Source of the DNA: Nitrosopumilus sp.
GTDB lineage: Archaea > Thermoproteota > Nitrososphaeria > Nitrososphaerales > Nitrosopumilaceae
NCBI GenBank assembly: GCA_965218785.1
Contig: OZ244650.1
Coordinates: forward strand, 1,088,001 to 1,152,000
Direction of reading: 5' to 3'
Length of the DNA stretch: 64,000 bases
The notes beneath the pieces were generated by a model, which made no database searches, was not told where the DNA came from, and saw only the letters and a list, made by a program, of their open reading frames with translations. Positions 19,073 through 30,024 of this stretch are shown here, piece by piece. The translations under genes and the position numbers were made by a program. How positions within the stretch are numbered: position 1 is the stretch's first letter; every line of letters begins with the position of its first letter.

Positions 19073-19423
19073 ATGAATTTCAAGGAGTTTTGGAGGTTGT
19101 TATGTATGGAACTTGCACATAAACAGGAATTCACTACCATAAAACAACACAAGAAATTCTCGGCGGGTCTGGTACATGACAAACGGGGAACACCATATGT
19201 CTATGTAATTCCTGGGAGTGGTAGTCAAAGAAGTGTATGGCGCCGGGAGTTTGAGGGAGTATGGAACAATGCCAAGCAATATGATCGTGATACATGGTTT
19301 CTAAACAAGGGATCGTTACTAGAATCATATGAGAGAGAAGGTGGTGGACTGGGCAGAACAATCAACTTGTCTTATATCGTTGAACTGATTCGATACATAG
19401 TACAGGATCAAGACAGGGAGTAA
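19073..19423 (+). CDS. Hypothetical protein
   Basis: 116-aa ORF with a TATA-like element upstream. Confidence 0.6.
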   Translation: MNFKEFWRLLCMELAHKQEFTTIKQHKKFSAGLVHDKRGTPYVYVIPGSGSQRSVWRREFEGVWNNAKQYDRDTWFLNKGSLLESYEREGGGLGRTINLSYIVELIRYIVQDQDRE

Positions 19424-19535
19424 ACGGGTTTAGTTTCAGACATATCGTACTATCATGATTAACAGTTAAACCAGGTCTAATAACGATCAAAAGCTCATGA
19501 GGGCAGTCAGACCAGATATTTTTCAACATGATAAA

Positions 19536-20987
19536 TCAAATGATTTTGTTTAATTCCTTTAATGAATGGATAATTGTACAGTCATATCTTTTATCCAATC
19601 GCAGTTGTCTGGCCAGACTGGCAAGTGTTTTTTCAGTTACAACAATATCACAGCTCGCAATTCCTCCGGCCAGATAATAAATATCTGTAAAATTCTTTGT
19701 ACTTGATTCTCCTTGATGTCCCCTGCCTCGTTCATCTCTAAAACGAAAGGAAAATTTGTTACAGGACATGTCTTTTAGAAATTTTTCCATTTCTTCCTTG
19801 TCTTGTGGAAGAACCCTTTTTTTTGTTTCTTCATCAGATCCAACCAGTAATGTCGGAAGATAAGGGCAGATTATATCATAAATGTAATGGGCCAGATTCT
19901 GATTGTAACACCTGCTTTTGTCTGATTCTGGTTTTTCAAGTCGATTCTGTTCTACATTTTTAACAGCCTTGTAAAATGACTTTCTATCTTCTTGAAACCA
20001 TTCGGACATTTTATCATCTTTTAAAAATCTGATCATGTTTTCAGGTTTACCTGCTGCATCTTTTATTTTTTGAATTAGTTGATCCGGGACATCGGCCACG
20101 TTTTTACTCCAAACCATCTCCGTCTCATCACCCACAATATGCACCAGTCCCTGAGAGAGAATATTGGATTTTATGTCACAGACAGATGCCTTTCTGGGCA
20201 TGTGCAGGATGGCATTTACAATTTCATATGGAATATCATAATTGTAACGATGTAAAACATACTCTTTTGAAGTCTTCATAATAAAATTAATTAATTTATT
20301 TCTGTTTGGCCCGTGTCGGTTCATCATGGTATACTTCAAGTGTGTAATTGAAGTCTGGAAGATCACTTTACGGTATCTGGATAGTTTGATAATTTTTTGA
20401 TAAATTTTTACTAGTTCAGGATCTGGATTTTTTTCTAGTCCATGGTGTAACCGTGATAGATAAATCCATTCTTTTGTATCAAGATAGATTCGTTTTTGTT
20501 CCGGGTACTTTGTTATCTTTGAAGGCTTGCCTTTAGTTTTATTCCAGATCGGTTTTAATTTTTTAATTAATTCATATTCAACTTTAAACCGATTCCTTGT
20601 TTCAAAAAAGTATAATTGTATTTTCTTTCCAGACTTTATCATTTGAAGAATATTAGAATTAATCCTGCAGTTAGTGGGTTGCCCTCCTTGAAAACAATTT
20701 TTTGGGGAGATGTTTCCATACCCCATACCAAATCTTTTTTGAAAATCGTCACATTCCCCCACATATGGAATATTCCCATTAATGTAAATGACGTATGCCC
20801 CTGATCTTTGTGCATAATATTTGTCAACACTGAATTTACAGAAAGGTCCTTTTCCATACCTGTTTAGAGGAAGATTTTTTTTGTTTTCATATCTTTTTTG
20901 AGGTAGAAATTCCTTAGGATTTCCATCTGAATTAGATTTGAGGGTAATTTCACAAACATATTCAAAATGCCAATTATTGATAATCAT
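19536..20987 (-). CDS. GIY-YIG nuclease fused to a PIN-like domain
   Basis: SGAYVIY...PYVGEC...RF...E...PIWN; C-terminal half RIYLDTKEW...DIYYL...CDIVVTEK. Confidence 0.7.
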   Translation of the reverse strand: MIINNWHFEYVCEITLKSNSDGNPKEFLPQKRYENKKNLPLNRYGKGPFCKFSVDKYYAQRSGAYVIYINGNIPYVGECDDFQKRFGMGYGNISPKNCFQGGQPTNCRINSNILQMIKSGKKIQLYFFETRNRFKVEYELIKKLKPIWNKTKGKPSKITKYPEQKRIYLDTKEWIYLSRLHHGLEKNPDPELVKIYQKIIKLSRYRKVIFQTSITHLKYTMMNRHGPNRNKLINFIMKTSKEYVLHRYNYDIPYEIVNAILHMPRKASVCDIKSNILSQGLVHIVGDETEMVWSKNVADVPDQLIQKIKDAAGKPENMIRFLKDDKMSEWFQEDRKSFYKAVKNVEQNRLEKPESDKSRCYNQNLAHYIYDIICPYLPTLLVGSDEETKKRVLPQDKEEMEKFLKDMSCNKFSFRFRDERGRGHQGESSTKNFTDIYYLAGGIASCDIVVTEKTLASLARQLRLDKRYDCTIIHSLKELNKII

Positions 20988-21229
20988 TTAAAATCACTTT
21001 TCTTTTGATCAATGCCATGTAATTTTTTTTGATGGAATTCACATAAAATCTCAAGATTATCTTCACCATCAGTTCCACCTGCACCAAGTGGAAGAATATG
21101 ATGTAAAGTAAGATTCTCAGTAGTTCCGCATGTTGCACATTTGCCTCCTGCAGCCTTGATTATTGCACGCTTGCTGGGTTTTTTCCTATTTGTCATTAGT
21201 CCCAGTATGAATTCCAAACTTTTATTCAT
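20984..21229 (-). CDS. Small HNH endonuclease
   Basis: CATCG...LTLHHILPLGAGGTDGEDNLEILCEFH; ATGA overlap with the next gene. Confidence 0.85.
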   Translation of the reverse strand: MNKSLEFILGLMTNRKKPSKRAIIKAAGGKCATCGTTENLTLHHILPLGAGGTDGEDNLEILCEFHQKKLHGIDQKKSDFK

Positions 21230-21622
21230 TTTTTTCTGATTTTAATTGGCCATAGGTAAAGAAATAATGTATTTGGAATACATATCATCTTTTCTTTGTA
21301 GTGATACGTAAATATTTGAGAATAATTTTATCAAACCAAAAAATGTAAGATGCCCTTGGGGATTTTTATGAATTTACGAGCAACACACCAGATACAAAAC
21401 ACCAATAAGAAAGAACAGGGTAGAATTTTGCTGGAGATTTACATGTTTTTCATGTTGCAATTAGATAACGGTATGGAGATCCTTGGCTTTTTTGACTGTA
21501 ATAATCTGAGGAGTTGATTAAATTTGAATCAATTATGCCCAGTCTCAATTATATGTGATTATCAGGAGAATCCACAAACATACTTTTCATATAGTACATA
21601 CTGGTAAAAAGAATGAACAGAA

Positions 21623-23866
21623 ATGACGGATACCTATGATCTTCACCATTCATTTGATGCCAAATTGGCAAGAAACATCGGAGAACAGTCAGTTTCATCC
21701 AATATCCAAGCAGTAATAGAATTGATCAAAAATTCTTTTGATGCTGACGCACTAAACTGCAAAGTCCATTTCTATGCAGATTCACAACGTGGTAATCATA
21801 TCAAGATGTCCAAGATCGTCATAGAGGATAATGGATTTGGTATGACGTTTGAGGATTTTGAGGAAAAGTGGATGAGGGTTGCCACATCCCACAAGGAGCG
21901 TGAGACCTATTCGCCTATTTTGCAAAGAAGGGTATCAGGAGAAAAGGGAATGGGTCGTTTTGCATCACAAAGACTGGGCAACGTGGTAAAAATAATTTCA
22001 AATCCCGAAGATTATGGGAATAGAAGAAAAACAGCCTACTCTTACAACACATTGGAACTTACAATAGATTGGAACAAGTATGTTACAGGAAAGGATTTTG
22101 AAAAGATTGACAACAGGCTGAGAATTCTGGATCAGAGGGAAGAGAACAGCGGTGTAAAAATTGAAATAATTGATCTGAAGGATCAATGGGATCTGGACGA
22201 CATAGATGCCATCGTAGTTAATGCAGGCACACTCGTATCCCCAAAAGTTCTGAAGGAGTCAGATGAGAATGCTTTTGATGTGGAAATCATACCCCATGGA
22301 TTCACACCATGGAGAACCAAGATAGAGAGTGTGATTGAAAAATACGCACCATGGCAGATCAATGCCCAGATTATCGGAAGTAAGGTAAACTATCAGATTT
22401 TCCACAGGGAGAAATCAGAGGATGAAAGAAGACCCGTAGTCAACATCAGCAAGAGAGCCAAGGGCAGAAATGATCTTCCTGTGGGAAGCAAGACATGCGG
22501 CAATGCAAAAATCGAATTGCTGGTTTATGAAGATCGTCCGGGCGCATGGGCACCAAGGTCGGTTCAAAAGTTCAAGGAATTGCAGGATCAGTTGACAGAA
22601 AATTGTGGAATAAAGATCTTCAACGACGGGATCAGAATTATGCCATATGGAAAGAAAGGAAATGACTGGGCGGGTTTGGATAAGAGGTACATAACCAAAG
22701 CTTCGGGACCGGAGGGAACCAAGGTGAGGAATCGAAACATCATCGGTTATGTGTTTTTTACCAGAAAAAACAATCCCGAGATCAAGGAGACAACAACGAG
22801 GGAGGGATTGGTGGAAAATTTTGAATTCAAGTTTCTTAAGGAACGGCTGCTGATTGACATTCTCAAGGAGTTTGAAATCTACAGAAAAGAGTGGGAAAAT
22901 GCAGAAAAGGCCAAAAAACCAAAGAGCATACATGCCGCACAGGCAGAGTCCACCATCACGCAGCTGACTGATTTTGTAGAAAATCTAGACATACCAAGAT
23001 CAGAAAAGAATGAAATTGGAAAACTTGCAAAAGAAACCACAAAACACGTAGAAAGACAGGAAGAGGAGAAAAAGAAGGTGGTTGCAAAGGTCACTTCAAA
23101 TCTGGAGATGTACAGAAACCTCGCATCTCTGGGAATCTCGGCACTGGCATTCCACCATGAAATCAGGCAGGCCATAGGTAGAATCAGCCAGAGACAAAAC
23201 AAGCTTATTGAGAAATGGGATGTGTGGGAGGATGAAAAGAAGCGGGACTACATTTCAAAAACAATTTCCGATATTGATACTGTGATTGATTTTAATTCAT
23301 ACATCAGGGAATTTGCAACCTTGTTCAGGGGGTTAAAGGGGACCAAGAAATCGAGGGAGGAAATCCGTTTTACAGACTCCATCGATAGATTTGTGGAAGG
23401 ATTCCAGGATATATTGGAGGAATACGGGATAGAGATTGAGATTATCACCGGATCGGGAAGATTAACCAATCTTTACATGAACAGGGCATCATGGGAATCA
23501 ATCATGATTAATCTGATAGGTAATTCCATCAAGGCCCTTGGAAATGTACAGAGGAGGAAAAAATTCATCAGGGTACTTTTTGAAAAGACCGCAGACAGTT
23601 TGAAGATAGAGGTCAGGGACAACGGTTCCGGCATACAGGAATCCAACTTTGAAAGGGTGTTTGATCCGTTATGGACCACATACAGAACGGCCGGTGATTC
23701 AGGAACGGGAATGGGAACCACGATTGTCAGGGAAATCGTCGAGGATGATTATGGCGGGGCCGTCAGGATAAAATCAAGCAAGTATGAAAAGGAGCATCCC
23801 GGAAATGGGGAGACTGCCATACAGATAGTAATTCCATTGGAAAAATTAAGGGGGGAACAGACATGA
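21623..23866 (+). CDS. MORC-like GHKL ATPase fused to a histidine kinase
   Basis: N-terminal ELIKNSFDADA, DNGFGM, GEKGMGRFA; mid FNDGIRIMPYG...NDWAGLD...ETTTREG; C-terminal H-box AFHHEI, NLIGNS, DNGSGI, GTGMG. Confidence 0.88.
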   Translation: MTDTYDLHHSFDAKLARNIGEQSVSSNIQAVIELIKNSFDADALNCKVHFYADSQRGNHIKMSKIVIEDNGFGMTFEDFEEKWMRVATSHKERETYSPILQRRVSGEKGMGRFASQRLGNVVKIISNPEDYGNRRKTAYSYNTLELTIDWNKYVTGKDFEKIDNRLRILDQREENSGVKIEIIDLKDQWDLDDIDAIVVNAGTLVSPKVLKESDENAFDVEIIPHGFTPWRTKIESVIEKYAPWQINAQIIGSKVNYQIFHREKSEDERRPVVNISKRAKGRNDLPVGSKTCGNAKIELLVYEDRPGAWAPRSVQKFKELQDQLTENCGIKIFNDGIRIMPYGKKGNDWAGLDKRYITKASGPEGTKVRNRNIIGYVFFTRKNNPEIKETTTREGLVENFEFKFLKERLLIDILKEFEIYRKEWENAEKAKKPKSIHAAQAESTITQLTDFVENLDIPRSEKNEIGKLAKETTKHVERQEEEKKKVVAKVTSNLEMYRNLASLGISALAFHHEIRQAIGRISQRQNKLIEKWDVWEDEKKRDYISKTISDIDTVIDFNSYIREFATLFRGLKGTKKSREEIRFTDSIDRFVEGFQDILEEYGIEIEIITGSGRLTNLYMNRASWESIMINLIGNSIKALGNVQRRKKFIRVLFEKTADSLKIEVRDNGSGIQESNFERVFDPLWTTYRTAGDSGTGMGTTIVREIVEDDYGGAVRIKSSKYEKEHPGNGETAIQIVIPLEKLRGEQT

Positions 23867-24483
23867 CGGAAAAGCCAAAACTCCTACTGTTTGATGATGA
23901 TGAAAAGACTGCAGACTTGATTATTGACTCGTTAGAGGATGATTTTGAAGTTACATGGATTCACAAACAGGATGAGCTAGAAGAGACAATCAGCGACAGG
24001 TTTGATGTGATTGTCACGGATGTTTCCATCAAGGATTCTGATAAAACAGGGTACGAACTAATCGATGGTTTTAGAAGGAACATCAGAATCATCAGGATAC
24101 CAATCGTGGTCTATTCTGCCAAAGTAAACATTTTAGATATTGCAAAGGAACAAGGCAAGTCGTTCTTTGCCTATGTTGACAAGGGAGAGAGGGGGATGGG
24201 AGACGAGCTTCTTGACAAATGTCGCGAGGCGGTAAAGCAGAAGAGGAACATGGTAAGCTGGAACGGTTTCCGCGGATATTTTGATAAAATCGGAAAGACG
24301 GATGCAAATCTGGATCCGGACGATGTTGGAAAGCTCGGATTTCACGGAATTTTTGATGTCAACACGGTCAGAGATCTTCTTGAGCAGCTGAAAAAGGAGG
24401 ATCTTGATCAGGATTTATGGTCAATTCTTGACGGGTTGATTTGGGATTTGTATGATAAATTTTCCAACAAAGCACAAGATTAG
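23863..24483 (+). CDS. Response regulator receiver-domain protein
   Basis: LLFDDD, DVIVTD (phospho-Asp), VYSA, YVDK; ATGA coupling to the kinase. Confidence 0.85.
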   Translation: MTEKPKLLLFDDDEKTADLIIDSLEDDFEVTWIHKQDELEETISDRFDVIVTDVSIKDSDKTGYELIDGFRRNIRIIRIPIVVYSAKVNILDIAKEQGKSFFAYVDKGERGMGDELLDKCREAVKQKRNMVSWNGFRGYFDKIGKTDANLDPDDVGKLGFHGIFDVNTVRDLLEQLKKEDLDQDLWSILDGLIWDLYDKFSNKAQD

Positions 24484-25058
24484 AAGGTGATCACATGTAA
24501 ATAAAAAATGAAATTCAGAGGGTACAGGAAATACCACATCTGGAAAAAAGACGGGTTCCAAGAAAAAACAAACAAAATCATCAGAGCAAAAAAGGTGAAA
24601 TCTAGGACATATGTGAGAATCGACAAGACATGTAATTTCTCCAGACATGGTAACGATCAAAAATTCATTGGGTCAGCATCTGAACCCCATTCAGATGTTT
24701 TTCAACATTCAGACAGAATTGCACCGTTCGAAAATATTTGTAAATCATATGTCATGTCAGACATGGATGTATGATGTTTATAGACCAGCAACGCCTGCTT
24801 TGTCAGATATCTGCATTTCTCCACTTCTTTCAAGTAAGAGGACAGTTCTCATATTGTTTTAGGACAGGGATATATTCGCAGTTTCTGGTTTGATAAAATT
24901 GATCTCAAAACATTTACGTGTCACCATATGATTGCAGATTCTGGAATTACATTACGTTCTTGTCTGCAGCTACAAGACGACGTAGGTTCTCCGTATACTC
25001 TTGCAGATGATTTTCATGGATCTGAATATTGACAATGCTTATATCATTATTTTGTTAG

Positions 25059-25502
25059 ATGGATGTCATGTGCATGTTAGGTAGTGAAATATTTGAGATT
25101 GGCAGGTGTTATTTGTCAAAAGATGTACGAAAAATATCTTTTGTTCATTTGTATCATGGAATAAGCTGGGACAAATATGAAACAGTGGTTTTGATTGCTA
25201 CATCTAATTCAAAATATCCAAACAGTTATGATCCTAAATCAAACCAATATTGTTACTATGGGGCAATATCAATCAAAAAGAATAAGGATGTACGTATGAA
25301 TTATGTCATCCGTGATTCCAAGAATGAAGGTTACAAAATGTATCTTTTTTGGCAGTTTGCAAAAGGCAGATATGAGTTTATCGGACAGGTAAAACTGCAT
25401 AGTTGTTCAAATGATCAAATGGATCACAATGATGATAAATACGATGTCTACAAATTCATATTAGAACCTGTACTAGACTGCAAACCAAAATTTTGTGATT
25501 AG
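25059..25502 (+). CDS. Stand-alone SRA/YDG-like modified-base reader domain
   Basis: YPNSY...YCYYG...N...DSKNEG...YLF...YEFIGQVKL...VYKFILEP resembles the SRA-like N-domain of McrA-type HNH enzymes. Confidence 0.55.
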   Translation: MDVMCMLGSEIFEIGRCYLSKDVRKISFVHLYHGISWDKYETVVLIATSNSKYPNSYDPKSNQYCYYGAISIKKNKDVRMNYVIRDSKNEGYKMYLFWQFAKGRYEFIGQVKLHSCSNDQMDHNDDKYDVYKFILEPVLDCKPKFCD

Positions 25503-25617
25503 CACAAAAATGAACAGTTAGATATTCTCATATCCATATTATCTATCAGGTAATTAAGTGGACCGAAAACCAAAAAAGATCAGGGGTTAATGGTGAATGA
25601 TGGATAATCAACGAATT

Positions 25618-26859
25618 TTATTTCAAGAACACAGATCCGGGTCTGCTGACATGACTTGCCAAACGAGATTGAATATCAATCAGAGTTTCATATGTTAGAC
25701 AGAAAATAGGCTCGGTTAATTCATCATCAATGTTATGCGATGTGACACTTCCCAAATCAAAAACTATGTGTGACATCTCATCATCAAAGTTTACATACGG
25801 AATTGCGTACAAATCATCTTTCTTTATGCACATATCGTCAATTGAAATTTTACCTGAAAGTACGACCCCAGGAACAATTCTCAAGGTTCGCCATTTCTTT
25901 TGGGCATAATCGCACATTGCGTTAACTATCAAATAAATCATTTTATGATCAGGCAGATTTTTCTTATAGTCGCCCTTCAGGCATTGGTCAACAAATTTTT
26001 GATAATTAAAACTGGAATTAGGAATATCTTTGTAAATATTTCCAGGTAAAGGATTCACGGATGTCTTGGTTGTGAACAAAAGTTGAGTGTTTATTTTTGC
26101 TTTTGTCTCATTATCTTTAATTTGTCCTCCAGTTCGAATTATCCCTGAAGTTTTTCCTCCAAAATTCATATCTCTTACTCCGTTGTACACTTTTGTTAAA
26201 AATGTGGCAGTTACCATAGCTAAGGCGTTATCAATTACAGCTTTCCCATCAATGGAAGAAAGTTGTTTGCCGGTTCTTGCTTCTGCAAGTGCTTTGAAAA
26301 GTTCTGCCATGTTTTTATTCCAATCACCATTACAGGGGATTAGATTTGTAAGTTCGAAGCTTGTTTCAATAGAAGCATCATGCAATATATTTTCCCAATC
26401 CCCTAACAAGTTAACCATCTCCACATTTTGAAGGGATGATTTAACACGGTTCATAATTGATTGAATATCATACGAACCATTTATTTTGAAATCTGTTTTC
26501 TCCAACATGATTACTTGTGCATCAAAGTCGGTTTCAATGAGTCTTTTTGTATCATCAAATAATTTTGATTCTGCAGTCCATACAACTACAACAAAGGGTC
26601 TATTTTTAGTATCAACTATTTTCTCCAGAGTTACTTTTGCATTTCCAGGGTGATTTTTCACATCCAGTCCGGGAACTAATTCTAAATCTAAAAACACTAG
26701 TCGCACTCCCTTAATTGGAGTATCTGGCAATTCAGCATCATCAAAACTTTGAAAGATGTGAACCGAACTCTCTAAAATTGACAAAGACTGTGCAAGGGGA
26801 ACAATGTCATCAGATTCATCATCAATAATGACTATTTTACCATTTTTTGGAAGATTCAT
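25618..26859 (-). CDS. Receiver-domain protein with a large C-terminal domain (CDYAQ motif)
   Basis: IVIIDDE, VFLDLEL, VVWT, LEK; C-terminal NAMCDYAQKK...SHVSRPG; ATGA overlap with the kinase. Confidence 0.75.
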   Translation of the reverse strand: MNLPKNGKIVIIDDESDDIVPLAQSLSILESSVHIFQSFDDAELPDTPIKGVRLVFLDLELVPGLDVKNHPGNAKVTLEKIVDTKNRPFVVVVWTAESKLFDDTKRLIETDFDAQVIMLEKTDFKINGSYDIQSIMNRVKSSLQNVEMVNLLGDWENILHDASIETSFELTNLIPCNGDWNKNMAELFKALAEARTGKQLSSIDGKAVIDNALAMVTATFLTKVYNGVRDMNFGGKTSGIIRTGGQIKDNETKAKINTQLLFTTKTSVNPLPGNIYKDIPNSSFNYQKFVDQCLKGDYKKNLPDHKMIYLIVNAMCDYAQKKWRTLRIVPGVVLSGKISIDDMCIKKDDLYAIPYVNFDDEMSHIVFDLGSVTSHNIDDELTEPIFCLTYETLIDIQSRLASHVSRPGSVFLK

Positions 26860-28961
26860 TTCTTTTTCTTTTTCCTAAAACATAAGGCAACTATCGCACC
26901 GTCTTGGAATTCTTTAGGAAGTGAAAAGTCCCCCCAATCTGGGAATCGGATCTCACCTTTTTGCAACTCCATAACCTCTTTGGCCAAATGTAACCCCAAA
27001 CCAGTTCCAAAAGGTTTTGTACCGATATAAGGAGAAACCATCTGTTGACTGGTTATATTTGAAAAACCGGTCCCGTTATCAGCTATGACAATTGAAAGAT
27101 ATCCCTCCATCTCATCAGATATGGAGACAAAAATTTTCTTGTCTGATCCGCCTTTTTGATCTAGCCAGTATACTGAATTATCCAGAATGTTGATTATTGT
27201 AGTAACAGTGTGCCCATCATAGGAATCTACTTTATCTTCAACAGGAAAATCCCGATATTTCTTTACAGGTGTTATTTCATGTTTGTTCAATCTATTTTCC
27301 AGGATGTCAAAAGCATTATTGATCAAGTTTTTCAATGAATTGTTTTTGATCGATGATTTTTTCACTAGGAAAATATATCCTCGAATTGTTTTTTCAAGAT
27401 TATCAACCAGTTTTAATAGTTTTTTGTCAACCGGGTTAATTTCCACTGTTGCTTTCAATTCTTTAACAATTTTTTCTACCTGATGAACGACCGTATTGAA
27501 TACAAGACCGGTATTGGAGCTTTTGAGAAGAAGGTCATTAACCTGCATGTATTCAGTCTTAATTTTCATCAGTTTTTTCAACAATTTTTTTTGCAATTCT
27601 GTTTCGACTACACCGATTGTAATGGTGTCAGATAAATCATCAATAGAATAAATTACAGGCTCAGTTCTTCTGGAAGGTCCATAAACTGATCGTAATCTAT
27701 CTTTATCAGGCGCTCTAAGTTTTTCAATGATTTCCATCACATATGAGATTACAGCCTTAAATTGCCCATATGCCTCATTTTCTATGAATCCTTCTCTGTT
27801 TGTTTTTTCCGCAAGACTTTGACTTTTGTCAGCATCCACAGAAACAGATCCAAGAATTATGTTATTGCTTATTTTTTGCCCTGGAAAATTGATGCGTTTT
27901 TCATCCAAACCAAGCCAGTCATTTCCTTTTTCCCCATAATCAAACACTCGCACACCATCACGGTAAACTCTGATTCCGCCATTTTCATTGAGGTATTTTT
28001 TAAATCCTGATTTATCTTCCAAACCCAAGGAAAGAATTTTTGAATCTCTATCAAAAATCAATGCACGTATTCTCACCGGACCTATGTCAAAATTAGATAA
28101 ATCTACAGGATGTAATACTCCCAAGTTGTCTTGCGATTTCAATTTTAGCAGGGTTTTAAGATGTGGATCATCAATGGTAATTGTCCTACATTCAATCCCC
28201 TTCATAGATTCCCAAGGAGTAAATCTGTATGTGAATTTTTGAATTTCATTTCCTTCAAACAAACATTCCACATCAAACAGGGCAGCATTCTTCAATTTGT
28301 CTAAGGTAAGTAAGCCTTCTAACCAATCATCTCTATCTATATTGTATTCAATGTCAAATTTTTCTGGAGCGTCAAAGGGGGAAAGCAACGAAGTCCAAGA
28401 TCTGTATGCAACTCGAAATTGGGATTTAATCCAAGGTTTTCGAAAATTTGAAATTATGATTTGGGTTCCAGTTTCATCTCCTACGAATACTTCGGGATCC
28501 TTTACATCAACAGATATCGGAAAATCTTCAAGATATCGTGTTTGTTTCAATCGAGTCCAATCAATATTAAGATGAATTTCTTGGCTGTCTTTTTTTCTTG
28601 TGATTAATTCAATATTGTTACCCATTTTATGAGCTGCAAATCTACCAATTCCTTTTTGACCTAAAACCCTCCTGCCAAGATGGGGGGAAAACTTGTTTTC
28701 TTCAAGAGTTTTATAGTCCGTTCCAGGTTCAAGCCAAACATTTTCAACAATATCAAGATCCATTCCGTTTCCGTAATCTTTTACAATTATTTTGCCTTCT
28801 TCTTTACTGTCTAATTTGAATAGTGAGATTTCCACTTTCTTTGCATCTGCATCATAAGAATTCTTAATCAATTCTAAAAGAGCTATCCCTTCATTTTTGA
28901 TTAGTTGTTCCCCTAGTTGAACAAGCAGTCTAGCTTTGGGTTTGAACGTATGGGTTTTCAA
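26856..28961 (-). CDS. MORC-like GHKL ATPase fused to a histidine kinase
   Basis: ELIKNSYDADA, DYGNGM, GQKGIGRFA, YRDGVRVFDYG...NDWLGLD, EKTNREG; H-box VVHQVEK, NILDNS, DNGTGF, GTGLGL. Confidence 0.88.
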   Translation of the reverse strand: MKTHTFKPKARLLVQLGEQLIKNEGIALLELIKNSYDADAKKVEISLFKLDSKEEGKIIVKDYGNGMDLDIVENVWLEPGTDYKTLEENKFSPHLGRRVLGQKGIGRFAAHKMGNNIELITRKKDSQEIHLNIDWTRLKQTRYLEDFPISVDVKDPEVFVGDETGTQIIISNFRKPWIKSQFRVAYRSWTSLLSPFDAPEKFDIEYNIDRDDWLEGLLTLDKLKNAALFDVECLFEGNEIQKFTYRFTPWESMKGIECRTITIDDPHLKTLLKLKSQDNLGVLHPVDLSNFDIGPVRIRALIFDRDSKILSLGLEDKSGFKKYLNENGGIRVYRDGVRVFDYGEKGNDWLGLDEKRINFPGQKISNNIILGSVSVDADKSQSLAEKTNREGFIENEAYGQFKAVISYVMEIIEKLRAPDKDRLRSVYGPSRRTEPVIYSIDDLSDTITIGVVETELQKKLLKKLMKIKTEYMQVNDLLLKSSNTGLVFNTVVHQVEKIVKELKATVEINPVDKKLLKLVDNLEKTIRGYIFLVKKSSIKNNSLKNLINNAFDILENRLNKHEITPVKKYRDFPVEDKVDSYDGHTVTTIINILDNSVYWLDQKGGSDKKIFVSISDEMEGYLSIVIADNGTGFSNITSQQMVSPYIGTKPFGTGLGLHLAKEVMELQKGEIRFPDWGDFSLPKEFQDGAIVALCFRKKKKK

Positions 28962-30024
28962 TACAGGATATTTCTGTATGTACCAATAAAACTTTCCCTA
29001 TCAAAACTTATCAACATGATATAATCCGTAAACAATGAACATGAATTGTCAGACAAATTTCCAAAAACAGGCTCAATTAGAAGTGTTCAAAAGATTAAGT
29101 TCAAGAAATCCATAAATTTTTCATAATATGAAAATCAATCAGATTCATGAAAAAAGACAGACACAGTGGAATCTGGTATGAAGCTAAAAAAGAAGGAAAT
29201 AAGACAGATTCATGATTCCCCCAAGTATGGCAAAGTACAAAGATCTGGACTAGTCTTTGTGAGGTTATTGGATGGAACAAGCAAGGAAAAAATTTGAAAC
29301 TTTTTGAATAGCTAGTTCAATTCATGATACGGCTTTGCATCAAATGCGTTAAGAGCATAAGAATTCTTTGCGTTGTCCGTGATTATAATTCAGCCTCTTC
29401 CAAAAAATGATGTGTGTGATAAAGATGTACTGTCATGACATCATCCTGTGGTTTATCTTTAGATCGTACGTATTGTAATGAAATTTTAATTTGAATGCAG
29501 TACCAGTGTCTGGAAAAAAGATCGGCCGATCTTTTGCATGTATCAATAATGATGTCAAGATTCAAGTTTTATTAGCAGTCTAGTATATTCATTTAATCAT
29601 ATTATCTTGTTTTTTGAATCATTACAATATTATTTTGTGGTAGCGTCGATTGTCTCACCATGGCTTTTACAACATCCAAATAAGAGGAACAACACCAAGA
29701 TGAAAAAGATACCTTCAGATACCCATTACAAACAAGAAAGACATCCCAAGAAGTATGACAATCCAGACTTTGTGTATAGGAGTAAAAAATTTTAATCTAC
29801 AGTGATAGAATTTCTGGCACGTATGCACATACGATGAGAAAAAGATTCATGTGAAAAATTCGAGTGAGGTGATTGAAAATAACATGGGATGAGATAAAAA
29901 ATACAGGAAAACGGAGATGTGAAATGTGGTCAGTGTTAAGAATTCAAGAGCAGAATATTGAAAAGAATTCAAAAAAACACATAAGAAAAATTAAATACAG
30001 AAAAAGATGAGTTGTTATTTGTAA

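Noticed and set aside
24508-25020. Small ORFs between the first receiver and the SRA-like gene
   Set aside because: Overlapping short frames with no motifs; cannot be supported as genes.
29000-30000. Short ORFs and a possible transposase trace (ITDNAKNSY)
   Set aside because: Too fragmentary to assign.
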